A DNA stretch of 64,000 nt from Torpedo marmorata (GCA_977017645.1 OZ360220.1:204600001-204664000); one strand, 5' to 3'; shown: positions 1 to 13,053, counted from the first letter of the stretch. Notes: generated by a model not told the origin, from the sequence alone. A program made the numbers and translations.

Positions 1-373
1 GCCTCATTCAATCTGTTCGGGAGGTCGTGTGCATCAAACAAAGGCTCAGCGTGGAGCCTGATCACCGAGGCCCAGCGCTCCCCTCAAAGCAAGCCATCGA
101 TTGCCTGCTCCCCACGACGGTGGGCCTGGGCCCTGCCCGTTGACTTCTCTCCCTCCCACCCTCGCGCGCCTGCAGGTGTTGGCACACCTGTCAATCAATT
201 AGTGTTTGGACGGTGGGGGGGGGGAAGCAGTCTGAGCCTCGGCGTGCGGCGGGCAGGAAGACGTGTTGCTGCTGTGAAGGTAAATACACAAACAATTTTT
301 TCCTGAAATCTCATGCTAAAAATGGGGGGGGGGGTCCTATATGCCAGTGGGTCCTATATGTCGTCAAATATGG
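1..373. mobile_element. Right end of a Tc1/mariner-superfamily (Tc2/pogo-like) non-autonomous DNA transposon; left end outside the window
   Basis: Ends ...gtgggtcctatatgtcgtcaaatatgg|TA, homologous to the TIR of the 36367-37127 element. Confidence 0.6.
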
Positions 374-519
374 TATGTTTAATTTACGTACCCAACAAGT
401 CTGCCGTGATTAGATAACCAAACTTTTACTGTATGTATTACAAATGCAGAGACTGTTTTAAATCTAGACTTGGAGATAAAGTAACTTGCTAGGATTTATT
501 ACTTGCACTGTCTCCTTAC

Positions 520-691
520 ATTGTGGTAGTTTTGCCAGCACCATTATGTCCCAGGAATGATGTAATCTGGCCTTCATAAAAGCCTAGTGTGAGCCCATCA
601 ACTGCCAGCTTCTTGCCATCTCGGTAGATTTTGACCAGGTTTTGAATGGAGACACCAAGCCGAAGGTGAGTTGGCTCCTCTTCAACACAGA
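520..691 (-). CDS. ABCA1: ABCA1-like exon (equivalent to exon 19, 172 bp): NBD1 with Walker A GHNGAGKT
   Basis: (I)[56 protein letters not shown](M); acceptor tttcag, donor gtaagg. Confidence 0.95.
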
Positions 692-2586
692 CTGAAAGAG
701 AAAAGGCCACAGACCGTGTAACCACTTAGTGACCGTCCACAAATTCATAGCACAAAATCAAAAGCCCGCAGATGCTAGAAATCTGAAATATAATCAGAAA
801 ATGTTGGAAATATTCAACAGATCCTCATGCTCATGGAAAAAAAAAGACAGTTCAGATGAATAGTCACTGCCCTTAAAAGATGGATCAGTTTCCTCCTCTT
901 ACAGGTACAAGCTGATTTACTGAGTGTTTTCATCAAGTTTTATGTCCACTGCACAGGTTTATCTTTAGGAGACACACTGCCTATGTGAATATCATGGTTT
1001 AAGTCATATGCTGAGATTGCTGTGCTGTGTGCACTTGAATGTGATGAAGCATTCTCCTTGGGTAGGTGCACATACTTTGTATTCATGCACATAGTGCAAA
1101 GCCCACATCTAATGCCTATTCCTTGAAATGAATAGATTCTCATAACACTTCAGAGGACAGTTAAATAACATAAATAGCCAGTAAAGATATCTGACCTTTG
1201 TCATTATGGACGTTTGAAACCAAATATGGCTTAATGACAATGTAGTAATTTTAGAGTCACTTCACTAACACTAGCTTTCCATTCCTTGCATTTGATGAAT
1301 GTACATGAAAATCCTCCATCACAATGGCCTGGAACTGATTGACTGACTTGAGCACTGGATATATGAAGAGGTTTGACCTTGTTCATAAACACTGTGGAGT
1401 TACAAACCCAGTAACTTCACCATAATGCTGTGCAACCTTTGTAAAAATTTACAGTAAAAAAAAAAAATCAGGATGGATCTAAAGAGAGAGGAAATGATAA
1501 CTAATGAGACTTTATTGACCTGAAACCTTGATTCTATTTTCTTCTGCCTGACCTGCTGAGGTTCCTGCACTTTTCTATTTTTATTCAAGGCAACAAACTG
1601 GAGCAGGATGGACTGCTTTAAAAAATCCAAAGGCATTTATTTCTGTTATCTTAATGCACCACAGCATCGTGATACACAACAAAAACGATAGTGGAAGCAG
1701 ATAGCTTTCTGAAGAATGTGTGCATTACTTTGAATGTCACTCACTCTTACATTGATGGGAGCAGGTGTCATTTAGAATTATTTTACTTATGTTTACAGGA
1801 TGTGGATGTTACTGGCAAGCTCAGTGTTTATTACTTGTGCTCTATTGTCCTTGAGAGAATGGCAACTGTGGGATGTGCAGTTCCTATGGTGAAGGTACTG
1901 CCATGATTCCAGAGGAATCCAGGATTTAAATTGAATGACAATGGAAGAATGTCAATATTTTTCCATGTTGGGATAGTATATGATACAAAGGGAGCCTGCA
2001 GATGGTGCCTGCCCCCCACGTCATTTTATATTAAGTTTTAAGGTTAGGAAGGTACCGCTAAAGAATTTCTGGCAAGTTGCTAACAGTGCCTTTTGCAGCA
2101 TTGAACGTTGAAGGTGATGTTTGTGGTGCTAATCCCCAAATCCCTGACAGCCTCAAGCTTTAAGTCTTGCTGGAGCTCACATGCCTGACTGTATATACTG
2201 GAAAGACTTTGGGATGTTATGAGGCACAGGATACCCAATCTCAGAAAAGCTTGTTTGTGTCTTCCTGGTATTTAATTCAAACGAGTTTGTCTTGATTTTT
2301 ATGGGATCAATGCCTAACGTTTCTCAAAGCATTATTTTTTATCAATTAAGAACCATAGGATAATCAGCAGAAGGAAGAGTGCTCTCTTAATTCACCAAGA
2401 AGCAGGTCTAAATTTACAACACATGAGAAAATCAATCGGAGTTCATCAGTGAATGATCACATTCCTTGCCATCCATTGGAATGGGTTTCTGGAAGGTGTT
2501 CCTTGAAATGAATAGATTGGCTGAAATCCATGGAATAGAATAAAAATAGCTCACGTTTCATTTCAAAAGTTGTTTTAAGCACCTAC

Positions 2587-2700
2587 TTTGTGAATCTGTA
2601 CTCTTTTCATATGGAGAATGTCTAATATCCCGAACTGGGTCTCCACACCAATAGGACTTGGTGAAAAGAAAGTACCAAGGTCTGGGAATTCCATATTGAC
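2587..2700 (-). CDS. ABCA1: ABCA1-like exon (equivalent to exon 18, 114 bp)
   Basis: (G)[37 protein letters not shown]; ttttcag / gtaggt; not in the ORF track, read manually. Confidence 0.93.
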
Positions 2701-2925
2701 CTGAAAATGAAACAACACAAAAAAAAATGAAGAACTACATTAATAAAAGTGCCCATACAGTGTTCTATCACTCAAAACACAACTTTTATTTATATTATGT
2801 GTTGGGTGATAACTATTCAGAGCCATGAGGTTTAAATAGACCAGGATTGCGTTGAAATCAACACTGCTGTGAGTCTTGCCACAAATCCTGCCCACCTCAA
2901 TGGCTTAAGCAGTGATTTAAGTAAT

Positions 2926-3175
2926 TTTTAAAATTTAGACATACAACATGTTAACAGGCCATTTCAGCCCACGAGCCCGTGCCACCCAATATCACCCAAT
3001 TGACCTTCAACCCTGAACTTTTTTGAAGGGTGGGATAAAAAACAGAGCCCCCGGAGGAAACCCACGCAGACATGGGGAGAACGTACAAACTCCTTACAGA
3101 CAGCACGGGACACAAAACCTGGTCACTGGCGCTGTAATAGCGTTGCGCTAACCGCTACGCTAACCGTGCCACCCC
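2926..3175 (-). mobile_element. tRNA-derived SINE (chondrichthyan HE1/SINE2-like)
   Basis: Minus strand begins GGTGGCACGGTTAGCGTAGCGGTTAGCGC (A-box-like), has core GAGTTTGTACGTTCTCCCC..GCGTGGGTTTCCTCCGG and an A-rich tail. Confidence 0.75.
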
Positions 3176-3200
3176 ACATGTCAAAAGTCACTTTTCCTAT

Positions 3201-4755
3201 CATAGATCACAGAACACGACAGCACAGTACAGGCCCTTCGGCCCTTGATGTTGTGCCGACCCATATATTCCTTTAAAAATTACTAAACCCTCCCTACCCC
3301 GTAACCCTCAATTTTTCTTCCATGCATGTGCCTGTCTGAGTCTCTTAAATGCCCCTAATGTTTCAGCCTCCACCACCATCCCTGGCAAGGCATTCCAGGC
3401 ACCCCCAACTCTCTACGTAAAACAATGTACCCCTGATGTCTCCCCTAAACTTCTCTCCCTTCACTTTGTACACATGTCCTCTGGAGTTTGCTATTCCTGC
3501 CCTGGGAAACAAGTGCTGGCTGTCCACCCTGTCTATGCATCTCAATCTTGTAGACCTCTAAGTCCCCTCTCATCCTTCTACGCTCCAAAGAGAAAAGTCC
3601 CAGCTCTGCTTACCTTGCCTCATAAGACTTATTTTCCAATCCAGGTAACATCCTGGTAAATCTCCTCTGCACCCTCTCCATAGCTTCCACATCCTTCCTA
3701 TTATGAGGTGACCAGAACTGAACACAATACTCTTAAGTGTGGTCTTGTCAGAGATTTGTAGAGTTGCAACATGACCTCTCTACCCTTGAACTCAATCCCC
3801 CTATTAATGAAGCCCAGCATCCCATAGGCCTTCTTAATTATCCTATCAACCTGTGCGGCGACCTTGAGGGATGTATGGGTTTGGACCCCAAGGTCCCTCT
3901 GTTCATCCACACTGCTAAGTAACTGACCATTAACCCTGTACTCAGCCTTCTGGTTTGTCCTTCCAAAATGCATCACCTCACACTTATCCGGATTGAACTC
4001 CGTCATTTCTCCGCCCAACTCTGCATCCTGTCTATATCCTCTTGTAACCTTTGACAACCTCAGCTCCATCCACAATTCCTCTAACCTTCATATAATCCAC
4101 AAACTTACTGACCCATCCTTCTGCCTCTTCATCCAGGTCATTTATAAAATTCACAAAGAGCAGGGGTCCCAGAACAGATTCCTTGCGGTACTCCACTAGT
4201 CACTGACCTTCACGCAGAATACTTTCCTTCCACTACTACTCTCTGATTTCAACCTGCAAGCCAATATTTTATCCACACAGCCAAGGTTCCATTGATCCCA
4301 TGCCTCATGACTTTCTGAACGAGTCTCTCATGGGGGACCTTGTCAAATGCCTTACTAAAATTCAAATAGACCACATCTGCCCTCATCAATTTCTTTTGTT
4401 ACCTCCTCAAAATACTCAATTGCGTTCGTGAGGCACGACCTTCCCTTCACGAAGCCATGCTGACTATCCTTGAGTAGACTGTACTTCTCCAAATGCTCAT
4501 AGATCCTATCCTTAAGAATACTCTCCAAAGGTTTGCACACCACTGACGCAAGACTCACTGGTTTATAATTCCCAGGATTCTCCCTATTGCCTTTTTTAAA
4601 CAAGGGGACTACATTTGCCATTCTCCAATCCTCCGGCACCTCCCCTGTTGCCAAAGAGGACTCAAACATCACAGCTACTGCCCCAACTATCTCTTCCCTC
4701 ACTTCCCACAGCAACCTGGGGTATATCGCGTCCGGCCCTGGGGACTTATCAATCA
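3201..4755 (-). mobile_element. CR1-clade LINE, 5'-truncated, frameshifted RT and 3' UTR
   Basis: ORF pieces KSPGPDAIYPRLL, PEDWRMANVVPLFKKG, SQHGFVKGRSCLTN, FNPDKCEVMHFG, QLYKSLTRPHL. Confidence 0.9.
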
Positions 4756-4903
4756 TGGTGTAAAGTGGTTTAGAAATGCATGTGCAACCTTCAAAACTCA
4801 GTAATGGTAAATGATCAAAATTACTTCAGGATACAATGGGTTTTACGCAATGATTACAAGTGGCCTCATTTGTAAGTAGGGAGATACAAAAATGCTTCCA
4901 TAC

Positions 4904-5108
4904 CTGGGAACACTGCCTCAATGTACCAGGTCATAACTGCATAGAGGAAGGTGTCGACTATCATGAGGATGATGGATGTAGTGATGTTATACTCATCGCT
5001 TTTTGATGGACTTGCAAACAGGTTCTTCCACTGGACCCCAACTCCCTGTTCCTCAAATTGGGCAAAATAATCAAAGCCAAAGCCAAATGCCACTGGGGAC
5101 AGCAGACT
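4904..5108 (-). CDS. ABCA1: ABCA1-like exon (equivalent to exon 17, 205 bp), TMD1
   Basis: [31 protein letters not shown]...[14 protein letters not shown](G); ttgtag / gtatgg. Confidence 0.95.
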
Positions 5109-6226
5109 CTACAAAAGTACAAGAAAGTGGGATTGAGAAAGTTATAGAGTCAGTCAATTGATCTTGTCTGTGCCATGTAGATTTACACCGTGCTGGTAAT
5201 GATCCTTTAAAAATGGGTGCCAGAATTATCCTGGCCACATGCACGGAGGAGCTCAAAAACATTCCGAGTCGCGTGGGTTTGAGTCTCTTTCCATAATCTT
5301 GAGCACAATCTGTGTGCCTGGCATTGCTTCGCAGAACAGAGGAGGTATCATGTTGCACTGTCTTCTGTCTGAGAGGGGAAGCCAAGATCTCTTCCAGGAG
5401 GACACAAATTGGCTAATCTTCAATCCTCCATCAACATGACTGAAAAAAGGCCATCTGACCATTACTCTGCTGCCTTGAGGCAACGTATTACTTATATATT
5501 GGTTGACATGCCACAGACATTAAAACAGCAAATAAACTTCAAAGGATTTTTTTACTGGTTGCAGAGTGTGTCCAACATCCTAAGGACAAGATGGGAACAT
5601 AACAAATGTTCTGATACAAAAGAAGAAACACCAGATGACAAGCTCAGCCTTCTGGGCGTGGTTTTAAACAAAATGATTAGTGCCAGCAGGTGAATGATGA
5701 AAAGGCAGAGTGCAGTACTGCCCCCACTACACCTGCAAATGGGCTTCTGAGCACCACCATCAGCAGCCAAGGTATACTATCAGAAGAACCAGCCCTGTAT
5801 AATGGGCTCAATGAGGACCCTTTCACATGTAGGAAAATAAGTGTACTATCATCAAGTAATACACTTATACGTCATTAAAAAAAAGTGCACACCCACTTTA
5901 CATCCAGTACATCTCATGTTCACTCCTGCTATATGTTCATTTTAAAAAGTATATTAGCACATCATGTTAGAATCGAACAACGAGCAAAGCCATTCAATGT
6001 GCATGCCTATGCACAGACGTGGTCTGCAGCTGGTGCAGTTGGATGCAGATTGCTCTTGCAAACTGTTCAACATGTCACTTCTTCTGATTTGAGAACATTT
6101 GATGCAGAAGATGAGCCATAAAGCATTACTGCACTGTGAACAATGCTCCCTGGAGCCAATATTCTCCCTCAAAAACAGGTTTTCTAACAGCATTGTTTTT
6201 ATTTATTAATGAAATTACCTACTTAC

Positions 6227-6448
6227 AGCAAAGATTTTGACCGGGTAGGTAATGTACTCTTGCCACGCCATACACAGCACATAGGGGAGGTACAAGGTGA
6301 AATAGATAATCCCTCCACAGGCTGCTGCCAAGTTTGCCTTTGAGAACATTGTGCTGATCAAAAAACACTGCAAGATGGTAACCACTCCAAAAACTGCGAG
6401 GAATGTGAAGACAGCAAAAGGGTTACTATAAGGCAAGATGTTCCCTTC
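6227..6448 (-). CDS. ABCA1: ABCA1-like exon (equivalent to exon 16, 222 bp), TMD1
   Basis: [74 protein letters not shown]; ttacag / gtaagt. Confidence 0.95.
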
Positions 6449-7529
6449 CTGTAAGATAAAAGAGAGATAAACTGCCATCAAATTTTAATGAAGCTTGAAA
6501 TACAGAATAAAAAAAAACAAAATAAATGTGCGACAAACAAGAATGACAGCAGATGCTAGAAAACTATCAAACTACTTGTCATACTATGATGCAGACATCA
6601 TAAACAACATTATTTGATTCATGAATTTTACCTACAATAGAAAATAGGTGATTGTTTAAAACATACATTTGCTTAAATTTGAATTTCATTTGATTTCAAA
6701 ATCCACCATGCAATCAGAATGCAGAAAAAAAAAAATACAATTGCATGGCTAACTGCATTAGGCACTGGGTGTGACTCTTCAATGATAGTTAACATTTCAT
6801 TTTGGTTCAGTCAAAATGCCAGGGGCCAGAGGAATTTGGAAACTTGAGCAAAGTACTTGGATTCATGCCTCCAGTGCAGTACTGTGTGAATGGTGCAGAG
6901 CTGGAGGGGGTGATACTCAAACGAGATATTAAATCAAGACCCCTTTTGCCCTCCCAGGTAAAAGGAATAGGGGGACACTATTTTAAAGAAGGGGTAACCC
7001 CTTTGAGTCATATGTGAATTTTTTTTGTGAGGGCCACAAGTCACTTTTACTTAAATGCTGGTAGAAGCATAATCCTTGAATATTTTTCAGGCAAAAGTAC
7101 AAATATTCGTGATAAGCAAGGGGGAAAGTTATCAGAAGTAGATGAGAATACAGAGGTGAGGTTACAATCAGCTTAGTTGTGGTCTCACTTAATAGTGAAG
7201 CAGTATTGTGTGACTGAGTGGTCTACTCCAAATTGCTATGTTCACCTGGCTCTGTAGCAGAAATTGGGAGACTGTATCTTATCATCAGTATTCCAATGTC
7301 AGGAATGTGAAGTGAAGATTGTAGAACATCCGTGGACACCCAGCCGAACTGTCACCGGGATCATAATCACAGAACAGGAGAAGAACTGAGGGCACTCATC
7401 CCTGCAGTCACCTTCAACTACCTTGCAACATCTCCTGATGTCAGTTGAGTTTCAGAATGAGGTAGCAAAGGATAAAGTTCCTGTAAAACCTTATTTTGGT
7501 TAACTGCTATCTGGCAGAGTTCCACCTAC

Positions 7530-7752
7530 CTTCAGAATTACTACCAGCAAGCCAGCACTAATGAGCAGTGGAATCAAACTGCTGATGAACCAGCTAAGCC
7601 ACAAGGTGCCACTGCTCAATCCCATAATCCTCATGGTCTCTTTCAGCCTTGTTTCCTTCTCGTAGACTATCCCTTTAATTATTACGGCTACCGAGTAGAT
7701 CCAAGCCAGGGTGGTGAAAAGAGGCAGTGACTGGCTCAGGACACGAAGAAAC
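7530..7752 (-). CDS. ABCA1: ABCA1-like exon (equivalent to exon 15, 223 bp)
   Basis: [45 protein letters not shown]...LLVVILK; ctttag / gtaggt. Confidence 0.95.
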
Positions 7753-8962
7753 CTAAAGTCAGACAGTAAAAAGAAAAGAATTTGTTTCTTTTGGAAATCT
7801 TCAAAGAATGGCATGAGAGTGCATTTATACAAAGGCCTTCTTGTGATCTCTTAGGTAAGGTGATTGCAATGGAAACATCAGTCTACTGGTCTGCATCAGA
7901 CACAGATGTTTATACGCTTTGTGCATTTGATATCAGAATACCTGTTATCATCTGGTGACGTCTGTCCACTGTGACATGGACTGAGTATAGAGGCCACAAA
8001 CTGGGTATGCAATTGTGTAGCGGCTTTCAACATAGAAATAGTAATACAAAAGATAATTTTAACTGTCATTTGGGGGCCCAAGGGAGATTGACTCCAAGGA
8101 CTAATCTTTCAATTTAAAGGTGGATCTGGCTGGAGCACTGAACTGTTGAGGATTAGAGCATTCTCAAACAAGTCCTCTTTATGCTAATAACACAGCAGGC
8201 CTCACATTGGACTTGATGCCTTGTTCCTACAGGAGTAGCCCATACCGTCTGCAAACCACACAAGCACCTATGAAAATCAAGGGTGTAGCATCCTGCCCAG
8301 TAGACAGGACTGTTCATGTCTGGTGTCTCTATTCATTGGTGCATTGCATGCTTGGTGGTTCCAGAAACAAAAATACAGACTTTGGGATTCGCCTGGCCAG
8401 TTTCCTTCAACAATCTGTTTCTTTTAGAAGTACAATTGCACAGTGCACTTAAACATTGTACAACTCTGACTTCTGGGCTAACATGATCCTCATGGCAGCT
8501 TCAGAGTTTAACTTAATTCACTCATATTCATGTAGTGGTGGAAGTGAGCATGAAGCCATTGGATTGTCACAAATACACAACAGATTTTCTCATGCCCTTC
8601 ATTGAAGGAAAGACCTGTAACCACCTTGTGTCACATATCTGAAGTGGCCTGGCAAATCATTCAGTTGTATCATCAACATCTCAGGACCTTTCAGAATGGC
8701 CAATAATCGCTGGCAAATCATGTTCTGAGAACAATTAACAACTCCTTCTCAGAATTTTTGTGTTGGTTACAAGTCCCCAATACTTCCCTGCAGAAAATTC
8801 AGGAGCACAGTATTCTGCTCTCTCAAATGTTTCAATTCTGTGGGGTATGGGAAGACCGTTACTCTCTCCAACACCTAGGGAATTGCATACTATTGGAGGT
8901 CTGCAGAGTAAAACAAAAACCTCTAAGCTGGGTGTTTACAATCCAGTTCTCTCAGGACTTAC

Positions 8963-9139
8963 AAGTCATCCACGTAGCAGGGGTATGGCATTTGCTGAAC
9001 GTATACACCCGTCTCCTCCTTTTTGCCTGTCACAGTGCGGATAATCGCATGCTCTACCATATCCTGCAGGTAGGAGAAGCCGCCCCAGATATAACGAAGG
9101 TCTTCAAATGGGTCAGCACGCGGACCCGGATCCCAGTAT
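8963..9139 (-). CDS. ABCA1: ABCA1-like exon (equivalent to exon 14, 177 bp)
   Basis: [58 protein letters not shown]; acceptor ctgaag, donor gtaagt. Confidence 0.93.
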
Positions 9140-9287
9140 CTTCAGGAGAATGGTCACATGAGGAACATGAGTGATTCCGACAATAAGGGTTAGAAAATGC
9201 AGCAAGCAAACTTGACAGCACAATTTTGTTTTAAAAACTAAATATGCTGCTACTTTCAATGTGTGATTGTAGTTATCTGAAACATAC

Positions 9288-9493
9288 CCATCCATGATTT
9301 TGTTTGTTCGTTCCACATTGTCTATATCCATCCGAATCTTGTATTTCATATGCTCTGATGGTTTTGTACTGTTGGAATCCAAGCCAAGGAACACAATTCC
9401 AGCCCAGAACTTCCTCTCATCCAGCAGCTCCATGGATTTGTTTATTAGTTTCTCCTCGGTGGACACAGCTTCCAGTTTGTCCCATTTTATGCA
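9288..9493 (-). CDS. ABCA1: ABCA1-like exon (equivalent to exon 13, 206 bp)
   Basis: [35 protein letters not shown]...[18 protein letters not shown](G); tcctag / gtatgt. Confidence 0.95.
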
Positions 9494-9591
9494 CTAGGAA
9501 CAGCAATAATTTATGTTTTGTGTGAGGGCAGTGAGCATCATCAAGATTAGCTTGTAACATTAAAAGTGGCTTCTGCCTTCGCCATCATATA

Positions 9592-10160
9592 AGTGGCCTT
9601 CTCTACATCGGAGAGACTGGTCGCAGATTGGGAGATCGCTTCGCTTAGCACCTCTACTCCGTCCGCCACAACAGAGACCTTCCAGTAGCCAACCATTTCA
9701 ATTCTGAGTCACACTCCCACACTCACATGTCTGCCCATGGCCTTTTGTACTATCCCACCCTGAGGAACAACACCTTATGTTCCATCTGGGCACTCTCCAG
9801 CCAGATGGCATTAACATCTCTGCTTTCTGCTAAACTTGCTCGCCTTTTCTTTCCCCTCCCCCTTTCCAGTTCTCCCCTCCCTTCCCCCTCTACCCACCCA
9901 GCCATCCCTCCTCCCCCTGATCACTGCTGTCCCCTCCCTCCCTTCTCCACCTATCATCTCCTGCTTTTGACACCCCCCCCTATCTTTTTGTTCGGACACC
10001 TGCTGACATTCTCTCATACCTTGATGAAGGGCTCAAGCCCGAAACGTCAATTACGTATTTTTACTTTTGCTACATAAAGGACACGGTTTGACCTGCTGAG
10101 TTTCTCCAGCTTTTTGTGTTTTTACTTCAACCACGGTGTCTACAGATTTTCGTGATTTAC
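9592..10160 (+). mobile_element. Penelope-like element 3' fragment (GIY-YIG endonuclease remnant plus pseudo-LTR)
   Basis: From 9595 reads GLLYIGETGRRLGDRFA*HLYSVRH..PVANHFNS; pyrimidine tract; ttgatgaagggctcaagcccgaaacgtc motif. Confidence 0.8.
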
Positions 10161-10805
10161 TTATAATTAGCAGGAGATGGAAAGTGAGTCTGAACCCTCA
10201 GGTTTGCAGCAATTGTCTAAATATAGTGTCTCAGAACTGCACGTGGAATTACACAGAAGATCCTGCACAGAAACAGACCACTCAGTCCAAATGGTCCATG
10301 CTAGTATTAATTCTCTTCACCAGCCTCCTTGCACCTCTTTTTGTCTCACCCCATGAGTGCATCCTTTTATTTCTTTCTCAATCATATGTTTATCTCACTT
10401 ACCCTTAAACGATATTCCCCTCGACTAATTGTTGTGGAGGAGTATTCCACATTACAACTACTCTGGGTAGCTACATTTTGTCTGAATTCCTTATTGGATT
10501 TTTAGTGACCACAGTATATTTGTTGATTTCACCATGAGGATCTGTCCTTTCATACTTCCATTTCCCCTTACTCTCTACATTTTCTTTCAGAGTAAGGTGT
10601 CCCAACCACTCTGTCTTCAATGTTTTCGAATCAATAGAACCTCTTGGTTCTGGTACCATTCATTTGCTGGGGATCAAACCTGGCTCTATAGTATGATAGG
10701 TGAGTGTCTATCTCTGGACCCTAACCCGAAACAATACCCACTGACCACAAGAAATGGCTCCATTAAGTTGGGCCAGAAGAGTATCTTAAGGCTCTAAAAA
10801 CTCAC

Positions 10806-11003
10806 GTCCATAGCAAGCGATATTGTGTGAATTGCCTGTTCTGTCTCATTATAAACCTCTCTCCAGGTGTATATTGACTTATTTGGATGTTGAACCTCCT
10901 CTGGGTACTTAGCAATAAAGTTGGAGAGGTCACTAACTGTCCAAGAGGTTCCAGCCAACTTTGAGTCCAAGTAATCAGCCATAACCTCTTTCTTCAATAG
11001 ACT
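10806..11003 (-). CDS. ABCA1: ABCA1-like exon (equivalent to exon 12, 198 bp)
   Basis: SLLKKEVMADYLDSKLAGTSWTVSDLSNFIAKYPEEVQHPNKSIYTWREVYNETEQAIHTISLAMD; ctgcag / gtgagt. Confidence 0.93.
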
Positions 11004-12229
11004 CTGCAGAGATAAAGAGAGTTGAGAAACAAGTGAGATCTTTACAGAAATCAATAGCTATAAGGCATATTTGTATTGGATTGCAACATCAATAACATAT
11101 TTGGCAAAAATTGCGACATTAGATGCAAATTTTTCTATCCCTTATTGAAATTCTTCTTTCAAGCATCAGCAGTAATTTGCTGTAGGACTTGGAATAAACG
11201 AATGTCTGACTATTCTTCTGAAGTTGAAATACTTGAAAATTTCCATAATCATGCGGAATTTGTATAACTAAATTATATATTTGTGTGTTTCCTACTATTT
11301 AATGACATTAATTTGCAATGACACTCAAAGGCCAATAACAGCAGAAACTGGAATTAGATTTAAAACAGCACCAGTAGGGTTTTAGTTTTGTTAAAATGTA
11401 GAATAAATGCTGCTAAGGAGTTTTCACTTCAGATTTATTTTCAGAACAAGATAACCTTTTGCTTACCAACTGGAACCATGTTCAAAGACGACCCTGGAGC
11501 TGAAACTTCATCACTCACATGTTTGACACAGATACTCCCAAGTGATCTCCAAGACTGACTATGATTGCCTGAGAACTTTCCTTGAATCCTTTCTTCCTCT
11601 GATTGAATTTGATAAGAAAACCCAGGACCAAAGTGTAGAAATAGGGCATTCAGCGCAACTTGTCAATGCGAGTGTTAGTCGCTGCAAATGCTACCTCACT
11701 CTCTATTCCGTGTCACTCAACCATTTTATAAGAATCTAACTCAACAGACATAGGTGCCTTGAGCTCAGCTGCCATTCCATCATATCACAGGAAATCTGAT
11801 TCTAGTGAAATTCGTACCTGGTTCTCTAACCCTGATGTCCCTGTAGTCAACAAATCTCAGGTTTGAATCTACTTAATAATTCAACATCCACAGGTTTCTG
11901 AGGTAAAGCATTGCAAAGATTCAAAGAACAAAAATTGTTCCTTATCTTAGTCTTAAATGGACAGCCTCTTATTCTGAGGCTTTGTCCCCGAGTTCTAAAT
12001 CGTGCCACCAGAGGAAATATCCTCAGAGATTCAGCCTGTCAAGACCTTTCAGATTCTTCTATCAATAAAATGCAGACTCAACTGACTAGATTTATGAGAA
12101 CATTTTGTCTGTAGCACTCATTCAGATACTAGTATGTTCCAGAATTAGGCAGTAATGTCTGATTTGATGACAAGTGTTGACAAAATAAACAGGCTTAAAA
12201 CGGACACATATTCCAAAGCCAGTACTCAC

Positions 12230-12346
12230 TCGAATCAGATCCATTGCCTGGCTTCTTTCCATAAATTCCCAGATCTTTGGTCCAATTTCTTCCCACATCC
12301 CTCCAGCTTCCTTGAAGACACTTAGTTCTTGAAAGGTCTTGTTAAC
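12230..12346 (-). CDS. ABCA1: ABCA1-like exon (equivalent to exon 11, 117 bp)
   Basis: [39 protein letters not shown]; ttttag / gtgagt. Confidence 0.94.
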
Positions 12347-12536
12347 CTAAAATTAACAAAGAACACTAGTGATATGCACAAAAAGCAGGCATACTGCATC
12401 AGGATGGATAGATTTTATTATAATCATAGCTGCAATTCTCATTCTAAAAATGAGGCCTATGCATTGAACAAAACACAAAAACTAAGCTATCATTTGCTTT
12501 CCAGATTTTAGAGTAACAAATTGATATTGCTAAATA

Positions 12537-13053
12537 CAGGTATGCGCCGCTTAACGTCTACAATACGTTCTGTGAAATTGGGCGTTATATACTTAGCAAA
12601 GCTATATGGGATACTGTAGTGTACCTGTAAACTTTTTATTTGTAAGTAGGGATCAGTGTAGGGACCGACACGGGACTGTGGGGAGAGAGCGGGGCAGTGG
12701 GATCAGTGTGGGGACCAACACGGGGCTGTGGGGAGAGAGCGGGGCAGTGGGATCAGTGTGGGGACCGACACGGGGCTGTCGGGAGAGAGCGGGGCAGTGG
12801 GATCAGTGTGGGGACTGATACAGGGCTGTGGGGAGAGCGCGGGGCAGTGGGATTAGTTGGGACTGATACAGGGCAGTGGGGAGAGAGCGGGGCAGTCGGA
12901 TCAGTTTGGGTATACAGTATACAATTTCCTATAGCTAGCGATCGCTTTTTGTAAATTGCTGCAGACTTGCTCGCAGTAACTGAATAATTATGGGACCACG
13001 GACGTATATGCGGTCGGACGCTGCCCGAACGGATGTTAAGTAGTGCATACCTG
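12537..13053. mobile_element. Tigger (Golem/MER7-like) MITE with internal minisatellite
   Basis: TA|CAGGTATGCGCCGCTTAACGTC ... GATGTTAAGTAGTGCATACCTG|TA: about 22-bp imperfect TIRs and TA TSD; subterminal ttatgggaccac..gtatatgcggtc resembles Tigger3/MER7 as recalled. Confidence 0.85.
12649..12910 (+). repeat. GC-rich minisatellite, about 5 x 50 bp
   Basis: Unit ggggcagtgggatcagtgtggggaccgacacggggctgtggggagagagc. Confidence 0.9.

Noticed and set aside
3120-3175. tRNA-like sequence as a tRNA gene
   Set aside because: It is the head of a SINE with conserved core and tail; the B-box is degenerate and there is no complete cloverleaf.
8758-9525. Several plus-strand ORFs overlapping exons
   Set aside because: Antisense by-products of ABCA1-like coding exons.
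12606-12954. ORFs and regularly spaced repeats that might look like a CRISPR array or repeat protein
   Set aside because: Head-to-tail minisatellite without unique spacers, inside a MITE, in eukaryotic DNA with no cas genes.
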